From an uncultured Clostridia bacterium (GTDB lineage: Bacteria > Bacillota > Clostridia > TANB77 > CAG-465), in the NCBI GenBank assembly GCA_944388565.1, contig CALXJG010000005.1, forward strand, positions 1 through 49,625: DNA of 49,625 nucleotides, given 5' to 3'. The notes beneath the pieces are model-generated. The model was not told where the DNA came from and ran no database searches. It was given only the letters and a program-made list of their open reading frames with translations. Shown here piece after piece: positions 1 to 8,084 of this stretch (positions within the stretch are counted from its first letter, which is position 1; the number at the start of each line of letters is the position of its first letter). A program made the translations under genes and the position numbers.

Positions 1-25
1 TGTGTGTGTGTGTGTGTGTGTGTGT
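1..25. repeat. (TG)n/(CA)n dinucleotide microsatellite, 12.5 units, cut by the window edge
   Basis: Positions 1-25 are uninterrupted tgtgtg. On the minus strand this reads CAC ACA (His-Thr) in frame with the ATG at 60-58. Confidence 0.95.
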
Positions 26-60
26 AGTTCAATGCTATTTATACGTTCTTTTGTTACCAT
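1..60 (-). CDS. 5' end of an unknown ORF (MVTKERINSIEL then His-Thr repeat), truncated by the window edge
   Basis: ATG at 60-58. AAGAGG Shine-Dalgarno at 74-69, 8 nt upstream. Sigma-A-like promoter at 106-134. Lies just downstream of the rpoD terminator. Too short to appear in the ORF track. Confidence 0.45.
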   Translation of the reverse strand, partial: MVTKERINSIELHTHTHTHT

Positions 61-105
61 AATCTAAACCTCTTCTTTTGTATATCTCATCCTTGATATA
101 TATTT

Positions 106-134
106 ATTCTAACACATTCTTTTTTCTTTTGCAA
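106..134 (-). promoter_or_regulatory. sigma-A type promoter, TTGCAA-17 nt-TAGAAT with TGn extension
   Basis: Minus strand reads TTGCAA AAGAAAAAAGAATGTGT TAGAAT. The -10 is preceded by TGT (extended -10). About 40 nt upstream of the ATG at 60. Confidence 0.5.
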
Positions 135-228
135 TATCTTTTGTTATAAATTTAAATTATTTATCAGTATCCTGGCTTTAAGAGATTTAGATCATTTTTT
201 AATACAGCTATAAGGTTATAATATTATA

Positions 229-265
229 AAAAGACCATAGATTGAATAATAATCTACAGTCTTTT
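229..265 (-). terminator. rho-independent terminator after rpoD
   Basis: 15-bp stem (229-243 / 251-265). It pairs fully on the minus-strand RNA only: two G-U wobbles there are A-C mismatches on the plus strand. Followed by UUUUUAUAAUAUU. Confidence 0.6.
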
Positions 266-371
266 TAACAAAACACCTCTCAACTAATCAAGGCTAATTT
301 GTATTAATAAGTACAGAAAAAATAATGTACTTATTAATATTATTTACAATTTTTTTATATTTATACATAAA

Positions 372-1742
372 TTACATTTCAGTATTCATAAAATCTTTTA
401 ACCTTTTACTTCTACTTGGATGTCTTAATTTTCTTAGAGCTTTTGCTTCAATTTGTCTTATTCTTTCTCGAGTAACATCAAACTCTTTTCCTACCTCTTC
501 AAGAGTTCTCATTCTTCCATCTTGTAAACCAAATCTAAGTTTTAATACTTTAGCTTCTCTTGGTGTTAATGTTTGCATAACTTCTTCTATATGCTCTCTT
601 AATAACACATCCGCTGCTTGCTCAGAAGGTGATGGAGCATCCTCATCTGGTATAAAGTTTCCAAGGTTACTTTCATCTTCCTCACCTACAGGTGTTTCAA
701 GTGATATAGGATCTTGAGCGACTTTAAGAACTTCTCTAACTCTCTCAACAGGCATCTCTAGTTCCGCTGCTATTTCTTCTGGAGTAGGTTCTCTTCCTAA
801 AGTTTGTAATAAATGTCTAGAAGTTCTAATTAGCTTATTAATTGTTTCTACCATATGAACAGGAATTCTTATTGTTCTTGCTTGGTCAGCTATTGCTCTT
901 GTAATTGCTTGTCTAATCCACCAAGTAGCATATGTACTAAATTTATATCCTTTTGATTGATCAAATTTATCAACCGCTTTTATTAATCCAAGATTTCCTT
1001 CTTGAATTAAATCTAGGAAATGCATTCCTCTTCCTATATATTTTTTAGCAATACTTACAACTAATCTTAAATTTGATTCAATAAGTTGTTTCTTAGCCTC
1101 TTTATCTCCTTTTAACATTCTCTCAGCTAATATATTTTCTTCTTCATATGTAAGAAGCCTAATTTTTCCTATCTCTTTTAAGAACATTTTTACAGGATCA
1201 TCTACATTTAAATTTTCAACAAAAGACATATCTTTCATATCTTGAAATAACATATCTTTTTCTATCTCATCTATATCCTCTAAATTAGGTTCTATATCAA
1301 GCTCAGCCATAGTAGAAGTTTCTTCTAATGGTGCAGAATCTACTGCAACATCTATATCATCTAATGATGATTCGTCATCCATTTGTTCTTCTGCGTCATC
1401 TAATAAATCCATATTATTCTTTTTGTCTTCTTCTTTTCCACTATCTAAAATTATATCAATATTTGCATTAGATAATTCGTTATATATTTTAGCTATTTGC
1501 TCTTTAGAGAAATTTTTACTTGTTAATTCCTTCATCATTTCATTGTAATTAACTTTCTTATCAAGAGCAGCTTTTGATATAAATTTTTTTACATATTCTT
1601 TTTGTTCATCTGACATTTCTGTTGTTTTATTTTCTTTTTCTTCCTTTTTAACAACTTCTTTTGAATCAGCACTTATTTTTTTAGACTTTGCAACCTTTTC
1701 TACTTTTTCTTCTTCAAGATTTTCATTTACCTTTTTACTCAT
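372..1742 (-). CDS. rpoD: primary RNA polymerase sigma factor (sigma-70/SigA family)
   Basis: Region 2 '[54 protein letters not shown]'. Region 4.2 '[29 protein letters not shown]'. ATG at 1742 preceded by AAGGAG. Directly follows dnaG as in the Firmicute dnaG-sigA operon. Confidence 0.97.
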   Translation of the reverse strand: MSKKVNENLEEEKVEKVAKSKKISADSKEVVKKEEKENKTTEMSDEQKEYVKKFISKAALDKKVNYNEMMKELTSKNFSKEQIAKIYNELSNANIDIILDSGKEEDKKNNMDLLDDAEEQMDDESSLDDIDVAVDSAPLEETSTMAELDIEPNLEDIDEIEKDMLFQDMKDMSFVENLNVDDPVKMFLKEIGKIRLLTYEEENILAERMLKGDKEAKKQLIESNLRLVVSIAKKYIGRGMHFLDLIQEGNLGLIKAVDKFDQSKGYKFSTYATWWIRQAITRAIADQARTIRIPVHMVETINKLIRTSRHLLQTLGREPTPEEIAAELEMPVERVREVLKVAQDPISLETPVGEEDESNLGNFIPDEDAPSPSEQAADVLLREHIEEVMQTLTPREAKVLKLRFGLQDGRMRTLEEVGKEFDVTRERIRQIEAKALRKLRHPSRSKRLKDFMNTEM

Positions 1743-1754
1743 CTTTTTACTCCT

Positions 1755-3560
1755 TTACTTTAGTTTAGATAACTCTACTACTATTTGATTTAACTCAAAA
1801 TTTAAAATTTCTTTTTCATCTGACGTTATATTTTCAGAAATTCTTTTTAAAATTTCATCTCTTCTTAGAAATAGTTTTTCCTTATTCTTGTTTTTTATAA
1901 CATCATGAAATAGCTTATTTCTATCAGACATAGATAAATCAATGTACATTATTTCTGTTAACTCTTTTACCATCTCTTCATCTCTTACTTTTGATAATAT
2001 ATCTATTTTATTAATATCAAAATTGTTTTTTAAATCAATTAAAAAATTATATATATTTCTAACATTTTCATCATGTATATCTTCCGGTTTTATTTTATCA
2101 AAAATTTCTTCTTGTATTTTTTTATCTTTACAAAGAATTAATGCAATTATATATTGTTCTTGTCTTTTTCTTATATTAGTTACTAACTGCATTTTTCTAT
2201 TAATACTTTGCATATCGATAACTATTTCATCATTTGAGGCTTTTTTTAATCTTTTTTCAACTTCTTTTATAATTGGTCCTGTACCAATATCATACTTTCT
2301 TGCTATTTTATCAATATATAAATCTCTTTCAATATCATTTTCAATTTTTGCCATTATATCAGCAACACCAGTTAAAAATTTTATTTTAGAATCAATATTG
2401 TTTATATCTATAGATTTTTCAAGTTTCTTTACCTTAAATTCAACTAATGAAATGCTATTATCCAAACAATTTTTAAGTCTTTCTGGACCATATTTATTTA
2501 TATACTCATCAGGATCTTTAACATCACTTTTATCAAGTATCAAAACCTTAACATTTAACTTTCTAGCAGCTAAAATGTCAAGACCTCTCATAGTAGCATC
2601 TTGTCCAGCACCATCTTGATCATACCCTATTATTACATTATCTGTATACTTTTTAATAAGTCTAGCTTGATTTTCTGTGAGTGCCGTTCCAAGAGAAGCT
2701 ACCGCATTTTTAAATCCACTTTTTTGTAATGCTATAGCATCCATGTAGCCTTCTACAATAATTATATTATCTAGTTTCTCTTTTTTAGCTAAGTTCATAG
2801 CATATAAATTCTTACCTTTAAAATATATTTCATTTTCCGGTGAATTTACATACTTAGGTAAAGAATTATCTAAAACACGTCCTCCAAATGCTATTATTCT
2901 ATCACGTATATCAAATATTGGAAACATAAGCCTAGAAAAGAACCTGTCATAAATTTTACCTTTTGAATTTTCCATAATTATTCCACTTGCAATCATCTCA
3001 GATTTTGAAAAACCTTTTTCTAATAAATAATTATATAGTGGTACTTTTCCATTAGCATAACCAATTCCAAATCTTTTTATAGTATTTAAATCAAACTTTC
3101 TTTTTTTTACATATTCTTTTACTTCATTATATCCAGTAGAATTTAATATTTCAATAAGATTATTATGATAGTAAATTCCAACTTCTTTATTAAGTTTAAA
3201 TAATGTTTCTTTCAGGTCTTCCTTTTTTTGCAACTTAGTATTATTACTAAAAGATCTTACTTCAAATCTAGATAAATCAATATGAGCTCTTTGTGCTAAT
3301 AATTCTACACTATCCCAAAAGTCAAGATTTTCTAACTTCATTATAAAAGATATTACATTTCCACCCTCGGAACATCCAAAACATTTATATATCTGCTTGT
3401 CCATAGACACGCAAAAAGAAGGTGTCTTTTCTCTATGAAATGGACAGAGCCCCATATAATTTCTGCCACTTTTTTTTAGTTGCACATACTCAGATATAAC
3501 TTCAACAATATCATTTTGAGATATTACTTCTTCAATTAAATCTTCTGAATAGTATGCCAC
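1755..3560 (-). CDS. dnaG: DNA primase
   Basis: Zinc ribbon 'CPFHREKTPSFCVSMDKQIYKCFGCSEGGN'. TOPRIM 'IIVEGYMDAIAL ... GYDQDGAGQDA'. GTG start at 3560 preceded by GGGAAGGTGA. Confidence 0.95.
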   Translation of the reverse strand: MAYYSEDLIEEVISQNDIVEVISEYVQLKKSGRNYMGLCPFHREKTPSFCVSMDKQIYKCFGCSEGGNVISFIMKLENLDFWDSVELLAQRAHIDLSRFEVRSFSNNTKLQKKEDLKETLFKLNKEVGIYYHNNLIEILNSTGYNEVKEYVKKRKFDLNTIKRFGIGYANGKVPLYNYLLEKGFSKSEMIASGIIMENSKGKIYDRFFSRLMFPIFDIRDRIIAFGGRVLDNSLPKYVNSPENEIYFKGKNLYAMNLAKKEKLDNIIIVEGYMDAIALQKSGFKNAVASLGTALTENQARLIKKYTDNVIIGYDQDGAGQDATMRGLDILAARKLNVKVLILDKSDVKDPDEYINKYGPERLKNCLDNSISLVEFKVKKLEKSIDINNIDSKIKFLTGVADIMAKIENDIERDLYIDKIARKYDIGTGPIIKEVEKRLKKASNDEIVIDMQSINRKMQLVTNIRKRQEQYIIALILCKDKKIQEEIFDKIKPEDIHDENVRNIYNFLIDLKNNFDINKIDILSKVRDEEMVKELTEIMYIDLSMSDRNKLFHDVIKNKNKEKLFLRRDEILKRISENITSDEKEILNFELNQIVVELSKLK

Positions 3561-3584
3561 AATTTCACCTTCCCTTTGTCATTT

Positions 3585-4832
3585 TTATGCAACAAGCATT
3601 TTAATTCTTTCTTCTCTATTTAAATATATATTAGAAGTATTAACAATAGCTATTAAAATAAGCATAATAGTAAACATTGATTGATATACAATCAAATTTA
3701 CATTTGTTATAATAACAAAAGCTAAAACTAATAAGAATATAGCTTTAATTGCGGTAGATTTTGTATCGTATTTTCTTTTTAATACAAAAGCTAAAACCTC
3801 TACAAATAATATATATACATATAGTATTAAATAATATGTAGTAGAATATGAAGAAAAGCTATTTAATCTTTCTTTTATATTTCCAATATTTATACGTATG
3901 TTAGAAATATCGTTAGCATTTATATCATTTACTATATTAGTTATAAAGTCATTACTTACAGTATCTGGAATACTATTTGCGATAAATCTAGATGCAAAGT
4001 AAAAAACACATATAAATATAAACATTATTAAAATCGATATTAATAATTTACTAATATTTATTCTTTCTATTTTATATAACTGTTCTCTTTTTTCTTGAGT
4101 AACACTCTTCATTATTTTTTTAGAAAAATTTATATGTGTATTATCTAAATTTACAGTTATAAGTAATAATACTATTAATAATATTAACCATACAAAAGCA
4201 TTTATTCCAAGTAATATAGTTATTCCAATACAAAGCCCAAGTAATGTTGCTTCAATAACATATTTTTTTGTCTTCATTCCTCTTTGCTTTAACTCGTCGA
4301 TCAATAATTGTAAAATTAAAATTGATAATGTTACAAATAAAGATAACAGCAAAGAATTAAGATTAATATACTCATTTTGTATAATGTTTGGTAACATCGA
4401 GTACGCAGTCATTCCAAGAACAGATAACATATCACTTTTTGATACATTAAATATAATCTTTTTTATAATGAATGCAATAAGTACATTTAAAATCAAATAA
4501 CCAATTAAATTTATTATTGGAATTGTTTGTATACTTTTTGTAAGTCCAAGTAAACTAGATATTATTGCAACTATTGATAAATAAATATATCTATAAATTA
4601 AAGAATTTGATCTTTTAATCTTCATTCTATATAATTTATCTTTTATAAACATATAAATTAGGACTAGCATAATAAGAGCAATAGCATACCCAACTTTTAT
4701 TAGTTTGGTATGCACACCTATTGTACTATTGACTCCTTTTATCATCATATTAATATCTAAGTAACCCAAAAATATAATACATGCTACAAATATTACTACT
4801 AAAAAACTACGTGATATTTTACTTCTACTCAT
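3585..4832 (-). CDS. polytopic integral membrane protein (~12 predicted TM segments), function unknown
   Basis: 415-aa ORF made almost entirely of hydrophobic 20-residue stretches. I recognise no catalytic motif. Confidence 0.6.
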   Translation of the reverse strand: MSRSKISRSFLVVIFVACIIFLGYLDINMMIKGVNSTIGVHTKLIKVGYAIALIMLVLIYMFIKDKLYRMKIKRSNSLIYRYIYLSIVAIISSLLGLTKSIQTIPIINLIGYLILNVLIAFIIKKIIFNVSKSDMLSVLGMTAYSMLPNIIQNEYINLNSLLLSLFVTLSILILQLLIDELKQRGMKTKKYVIEATLLGLCIGITILLGINAFVWLILLIVLLLITVNLDNTHINFSKKIMKSVTQEKREQLYKIERINISKLLISILIMFIFICVFYFASRFIANSIPDTVSNDFITNIVNDINANDISNIRINIGNIKERLNSFSSYSTTYYLILYVYILFVEVLAFVLKRKYDTKSTAIKAIFLLVLAFVIITNVNLIVYQSMFTIMLILIAIVNTSNIYLNREERIKMLVA

Positions 4833-4870
4833 ATTTTTTACCTACTTTTTTATAAAAACAAAACCTCTAA

Positions 4871-5617
4871 TTATTTTCCTTGTTTATATATTTCATTTAC
4901 TTGTGCTAAAGCTTCATGTGTACCTACATCATAACAAACGCCATTAAACGCATAAGCATATGTTGGTAATCTTTTATACATATATGCTACTAGATTTCCT
5001 GGAGCATCACAAGAATTTCCTTCTTCTAAGTATGTTTTTATCATTGGTAAAACATTTTTTGGATAAATATATTCAGCGTAAACTGCATATTTACTTTGTG
5101 GTTCAGCTGGTTTTTCAACAAAATCAACAATTCTCATATCTTCGTCTAATTTTGCTACACCAACTCTTTTTAAAAGATTGATATCATCTTCTTCTCTTAC
5201 ACAAACAGATGGAGCATTTTTTGTTTTATAGAATTCAACAAAATCTTTTAACTTAAAAGTAAATAAGTTATCAGTTGCAAGTACTAATATATCATCGTCA
5301 ATACCTGCTTTTTCAATTGTAAATTGCATATCACCAATTGCACCTAATCTGTCATCATTATTAGTTGTACCATCATTGAATACAGTGATTGGTTTTATAT
5401 TGTTTTTTGATTTTGCCCATTCTTCAAAATGAGGTGTATACTTTGCATTAGTTACTAGATATATATGATCTATTTCGTTAATAGAATTCACTTCATCTAA
5501 AGTATAATCTAAAATTGCTCTTCCACCAACTTCTAAAAGTGCTTTTGGAAAGTTTTGAGTTAATGGAAATAGTCTAGTTGCGTATCCCGCACATAATAAA
5601 ATACATTTCATATTCAT
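4871..5617 (-). CDS. sugar-phosphate nucleotidyltransferase (NTP-transferase fold)
   Basis: N-terminal 'MKCILLCAGYATRLFPLTQNFPKALLEVGGRAILD' is the G-x-G-T-R-L pyrophosphorylase signature. The second ATG at 5611 has better spacing to the AAGGAGAG RBS than the ATG at 5617. Confidence 0.8.
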   Translation of the reverse strand: MNMKCILLCAGYATRLFPLTQNFPKALLEVGGRAILDYTLDEVNSINEIDHIYLVTNAKYTPHFEEWAKSKNNIKPITVFNDGTTNNDDRLGAIGDMQFTIEKAGIDDDILVLATDNLFTFKLKDFVEFYKTKNAPSVCVREEDDINLLKRVGVAKLDEDMRIVDFVEKPAEPQSKYAVYAEYIYPKNVLPMIKTYLEEGNSCDAPGNLVAYMYKRLPTYAYAFNGVCYDVGTHEALAQVNEIYKQGK

Positions 5618-5699
5618 CTCTCCTTATTTAGTGTATAATCACTTTCAGATTATATCATATAATATTGCTATTTTCAAGTATTTGGACTTTTTTTCTAAC

Positions 5700-5740
5700 A
5701 CAAAAAGTCTGTCAACTATAATCCTAATAGTAAACAGACT
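5700..5740 (-). terminator. rho-independent terminator after the 282-aa gene
   Basis: Minus strand AGUCUGU...ACAGACU stem (5706-5712 / 5734-5740) with an inner CUAU/AUAG extension, followed by UUUUUGUGUU. Confidence 0.55.
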
Positions 5741-5762
5741 CATTTATTTCATTTTCTATATA

Positions 5763-6611
5763 TTACATTGCTTCTAAATCATTTATTTTTTGTTCGAATT
5801 CTGATATTCTTTGCTCAGTCTCATATTGTTCAATTCTATTTAAAGCATATAAATATTTTCTTTCTTGAGATAGTAAAGCTTGATATTCATCATTCCAATC
5901 TTCATGATTTCTTAAGCTAGAATGTACATCATTTAATTTTTCTTCTAATACATGTTTTACTGGTTCTATTAATGGTTTATCTTTTTCAACTTTTATTCCA
6001 TTATCAACCATGTAAGTTATAACTTCTGCAAAAAGTCTTTCACCTTGTGTATTAACTCCTTCTTCAGTATTATCATGAAGTATGTTTACCATTTTATTAA
6101 CGTTATCTATACCCACTTTATCAAAAATACTGTCTACTCTAGAGTCAATAAATTGTCCATTTTCTCCAAACACTTCTTGCCCTTTTATAAATAGATCAAC
6201 ATTGTTTTGAACAATTCTTGCTTGTTCAACTGGTAATTCTTCAGTTGCAATTTTTAAAGCATGTCTATCGTAATATTTTCTAAATGCACTATTACACATT
6301 TCTTGTGATTCATTATATGGTTTAAAGTATTGTGCATAATTTCTCAACACATCATATTGTGTTTTATCCCCACTCATATTTTCTCTTAATTCATCTAAAT
6401 TTTCTCCAAAATATGCAGTAACTTTATGATCTATAGCGTCAGGGATAAATACTGGTATTTCAGCTTCAGGTTCATTTTGAGAAGCTTCCTCCTGTGCAGA
6501 TTGTAATAATAAATAATCTTGTTTTTTACCGAATATTTTAGAAAAAGCATTTTTTATTGATCCAAGATCCTCTAAAAATAATTTCCATTCATTTTTCCAA
6601 AATTCAAACAT
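5763..6611 (-). CDS. hypothetical cytoplasmic protein with N-terminal FWxNEWxLFxxD motif and C-terminal coiled-coil-like region
   Basis: 282-aa ORF. ATG at 6611 preceded by AAGAGGTG. No signal peptide or TM. Starts 'MFEFWKNEWKLFLEDL', shared with the neighbouring small gene. Confidence 0.7.
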   Translation of the reverse strand: MFEFWKNEWKLFLEDLGSIKNAFSKIFGKKQDYLLLQSAQEEASQNEPEAEIPVFIPDAIDHKVTAYFGENLDELRENMSGDKTQYDVLRNYAQYFKPYNESQEMCNSAFRKYYDRHALKIATEELPVEQARIVQNNVDLFIKGQEVFGENGQFIDSRVDSIFDKVGIDNVNKMVNILHDNTEEGVNTQGERLFAEVITYMVDNGIKVEKDKPLIEPVKHVLEEKLNDVHSSLRNHEDWNDEYQALLSQERKYLYALNRIEQYETEQRISEFEQKINDLEAM

Positions 6612-6832
6612 AATTTCTCACACCTCTTTTGTACATAAGTGTATCATAAATAAACACTTACACTTGTAGCTATATTATACATAATATGTCAAAAAAAAGC
6701 AATAACATAATTGTTTTATTTATGTTACAGTAATGTTACAAAATCACATCTTATTTAAAGTTTTATTTTAAATAATGGTATTTTAATTATATATAACTTT
6801 ACCATAATTTTATATATAATACAGTAAAATAA

Positions 6833-6867
6833 TATAAAAAAATATTATGATATTACATCATAATATT
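6833..6867 (-). terminator. weak AT-rich hairpin/terminator after the 81-aa gene
   Basis: Perfect 11-bp inverted repeat aatattatgat/atcataatatt (6841-6851 / 6857-6867), followed on the minus strand by UUUUUUUAUAUU. The stem is almost all A-T. Confidence 0.35.
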
Positions 6868-6884
6868 TACATTACTCTATTATA

Positions 6885-7130
6885 TTATTTAAATTCTACA
6901 GGTTGAGTTAAGAAATCTTTAGCATTTTGCAAGTCTTGTTTAAATAGATTCCATTCGTTTTGCCAGAAACCTACTTGATCACATTTTTGCTCTACTTCTT
7001 CTACAGTTGGTTTTAACATTAAATTAGACTTACCTGGCCAAGTAATTTCAACTGGTTGAAGGCAAAATTCACCAAGTTCTCTCATGTCTTGTAAAAATAA
7101 ATTCCATTCATTTTCCCAAAAATCTTTCAT
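6885..7130 (-). CDS. small hypothetical protein carrying two FWxNEWNLFxQD repeats
   Basis: ATG at 7130 (MKDFWENEW...) preceded by AAGAGGTG. The track ORF start at 7199 has no RBS. The two ~27-aa repeats are 'DFWENEWNLFLQDMRELGEFCLQPVEI' and 'GFWQNEWNLFKQDLQNAKDFLTQPVEF'. Confidence 0.65.
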   Translation of the reverse strand: MKDFWENEWNLFLQDMRELGEFCLQPVEITWPGKSNLMLKPTVEEVEQKCDQVGFWQNEWNLFKQDLQNAKDFLTQPVEFK

Positions 7131-7261
7131 ACTAACACCTCTTTTGTTCTTATTAATATTTTTTATTAATTTAGTACTTTTATTATATATAAATATCAAA
7201 TAAAAATCAACTACAATCTTGTAACATTTACATTACATTTTAATTACAAACGTTTTGAAAG

Positions 7262-7579
7262 CTAGTCACTGTATTTTTCTATCAGCTTTATTATTTGTTC
7301 TTTATTTTTAAATCCAACTTGTTTTTCAACTAATTTACCATTTTTATATATACAAATTGTAGGTATAGTATCTATCTGATGCCTTCTAGAAATTTCTGGA
7401 TTTTCATCAACATCTACTTTTAGTATACTATAATCTGATCTGCTATTTACTATTTCTTCTAGTATTGGTGAAAGCCTCATGCAAGGTCCACACCAAGTTG
7501 CATAGAAATCTACTAAACATATTCCTTCAATATTAGTTATTTCCCTGTCAAATGTCGCTTGATTAACTTTTTTTATCAT
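7262..7579 (-). CDS. trxA: thioredoxin
   Basis: 105 aa with the 'WCGPC' active site in the usual context 'DFYATWCGPCMRLSPILEE'. Confidence 0.93.
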   Translation of the reverse strand: MIKKVNQATFDREITNIEGICLVDFYATWCGPCMRLSPILEEIVNSRSDYSILKVDVDENPEISRRHQIDTIPTICIYKNGKLVEKQVGFKNKEQIIKLIEKYSD

Positions 7580-7580
7580 A

Positions 7581-8006
7581 TCAATACCCCTTTTTTACAT
7601 TTTCACTATATACTAACATATTTTTGTATGGAAAAGTTGCAAGTGCACCATACTCCCATATGTATATGTTATTATATCCTAGGCCATTTAATATTTGAAT
7701 TGCCGTTTTGCTTCTAGTTCCACTGGAACAATATACCATTATGGGGTCAGTTTGATTATAAGTAAATATTCTTTTTTCTATTTCGTCTACTGGCATGTTT
7801 ATTGAATTTTTTATATGCACCAAATCATATTCATTTGGTGTCCTTACATCCATTAAAGTAACTTGATTATTTTCAATCATCATTCTTGCTTGTTCAAATG
7901 GTACTAATTTATATATAAATTTTGCTCCTCCTCTATTTCTATAGTTATTATTTCCTCTTCTTGAGCCATTATTTCCAAATAACATTTTTAAAACATTATC
8001 GAACAT
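7581..8006 (-). CDS. rhodanese-domain sulfurtransferase-like protein with Gly/Asn/Arg-rich N-terminus
   Basis: Active-site loop 'VYCSSGTRS'. ATG at 8006 preceded by AAGGTG. Its stop is 1 nt from the trxA start. Confidence 0.75.
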   Translation of the reverse strand: MFDNVLKMLFGNNGSRRGNNNYRNRGGAKFIYKLVPFEQARMMIENNQVTLMDVRTPNEYDLVHIKNSINMPVDEIEKRIFTYNQTDPIMVYCSSGTRSKTAIQILNGLGYNNIYIWEYGALATFPYKNMLVYSENVKKGY

Positions 8007-8046
8007 AAGCTACACCTTCTTTCTATATTCATAATATAACTTATGT

Positions 8047-8079
8047 ACAAAAAGGACCAAATATGAATACTTGGTCCTT
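8047..8079 (-). terminator. rho-independent terminator after the P-type ATPase
   Basis: Perfect 9-bp stem AAGGACCAA/TTGGTCCTT (8052-8060 / 8071-8079), followed on the minus strand by UUUUUG. Confidence 0.7.
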
Positions 8080-8084
8080 AAATT

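Noticed and set aside
1-25. (TG)n tract considered as eukaryotic or host contamination or a chimeric contig end
   Set aside because: It is contiguous and in frame with a bacterial-style promoter, RBS and ATG only 35 nt away, in a typical Firmicute context. An assembly break at the repeat cannot be excluded and is flagged in the finding.
303-338. Perfect 13-bp palindrome ATTAATAAGTACA/TGTACTTATTAAT just after the rpoD stop, considered as the rpoD terminator
   Set aside because: On the transcribed (minus) strand it is followed by ACAAAUUAGCC, not a U-tract. The hairpin at 229-265 fits a rho-independent terminator better. It may still be an RNA stability element.
6674-6702. TTGACA (minus strand, about 6686-6691) upstream of the 282-aa gene, considered as a -35 box
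   Set aside because: It is only 7 nt from the TATAAT at 6679-6674, so it cannot serve as the -35 for it. The correctly spaced -35 is a weak TTGCTT. The promoter was therefore left unannotated as a feature.
7131-7199. N-terminal extension of the 81-aa FWxNEW ORF. Analogous over-extensions occur at 12021-12035, 22057-22068, 26853-26888 and 35683-35727.
   Set aside because: In each case a downstream start codon has a properly spaced strong SD (AAGAGGTG, GGAGGA, GGGGGAA, AGGAGGA, AAAGGTG). The track start either lies inside that SD or in a terminator, or lacks any SD.
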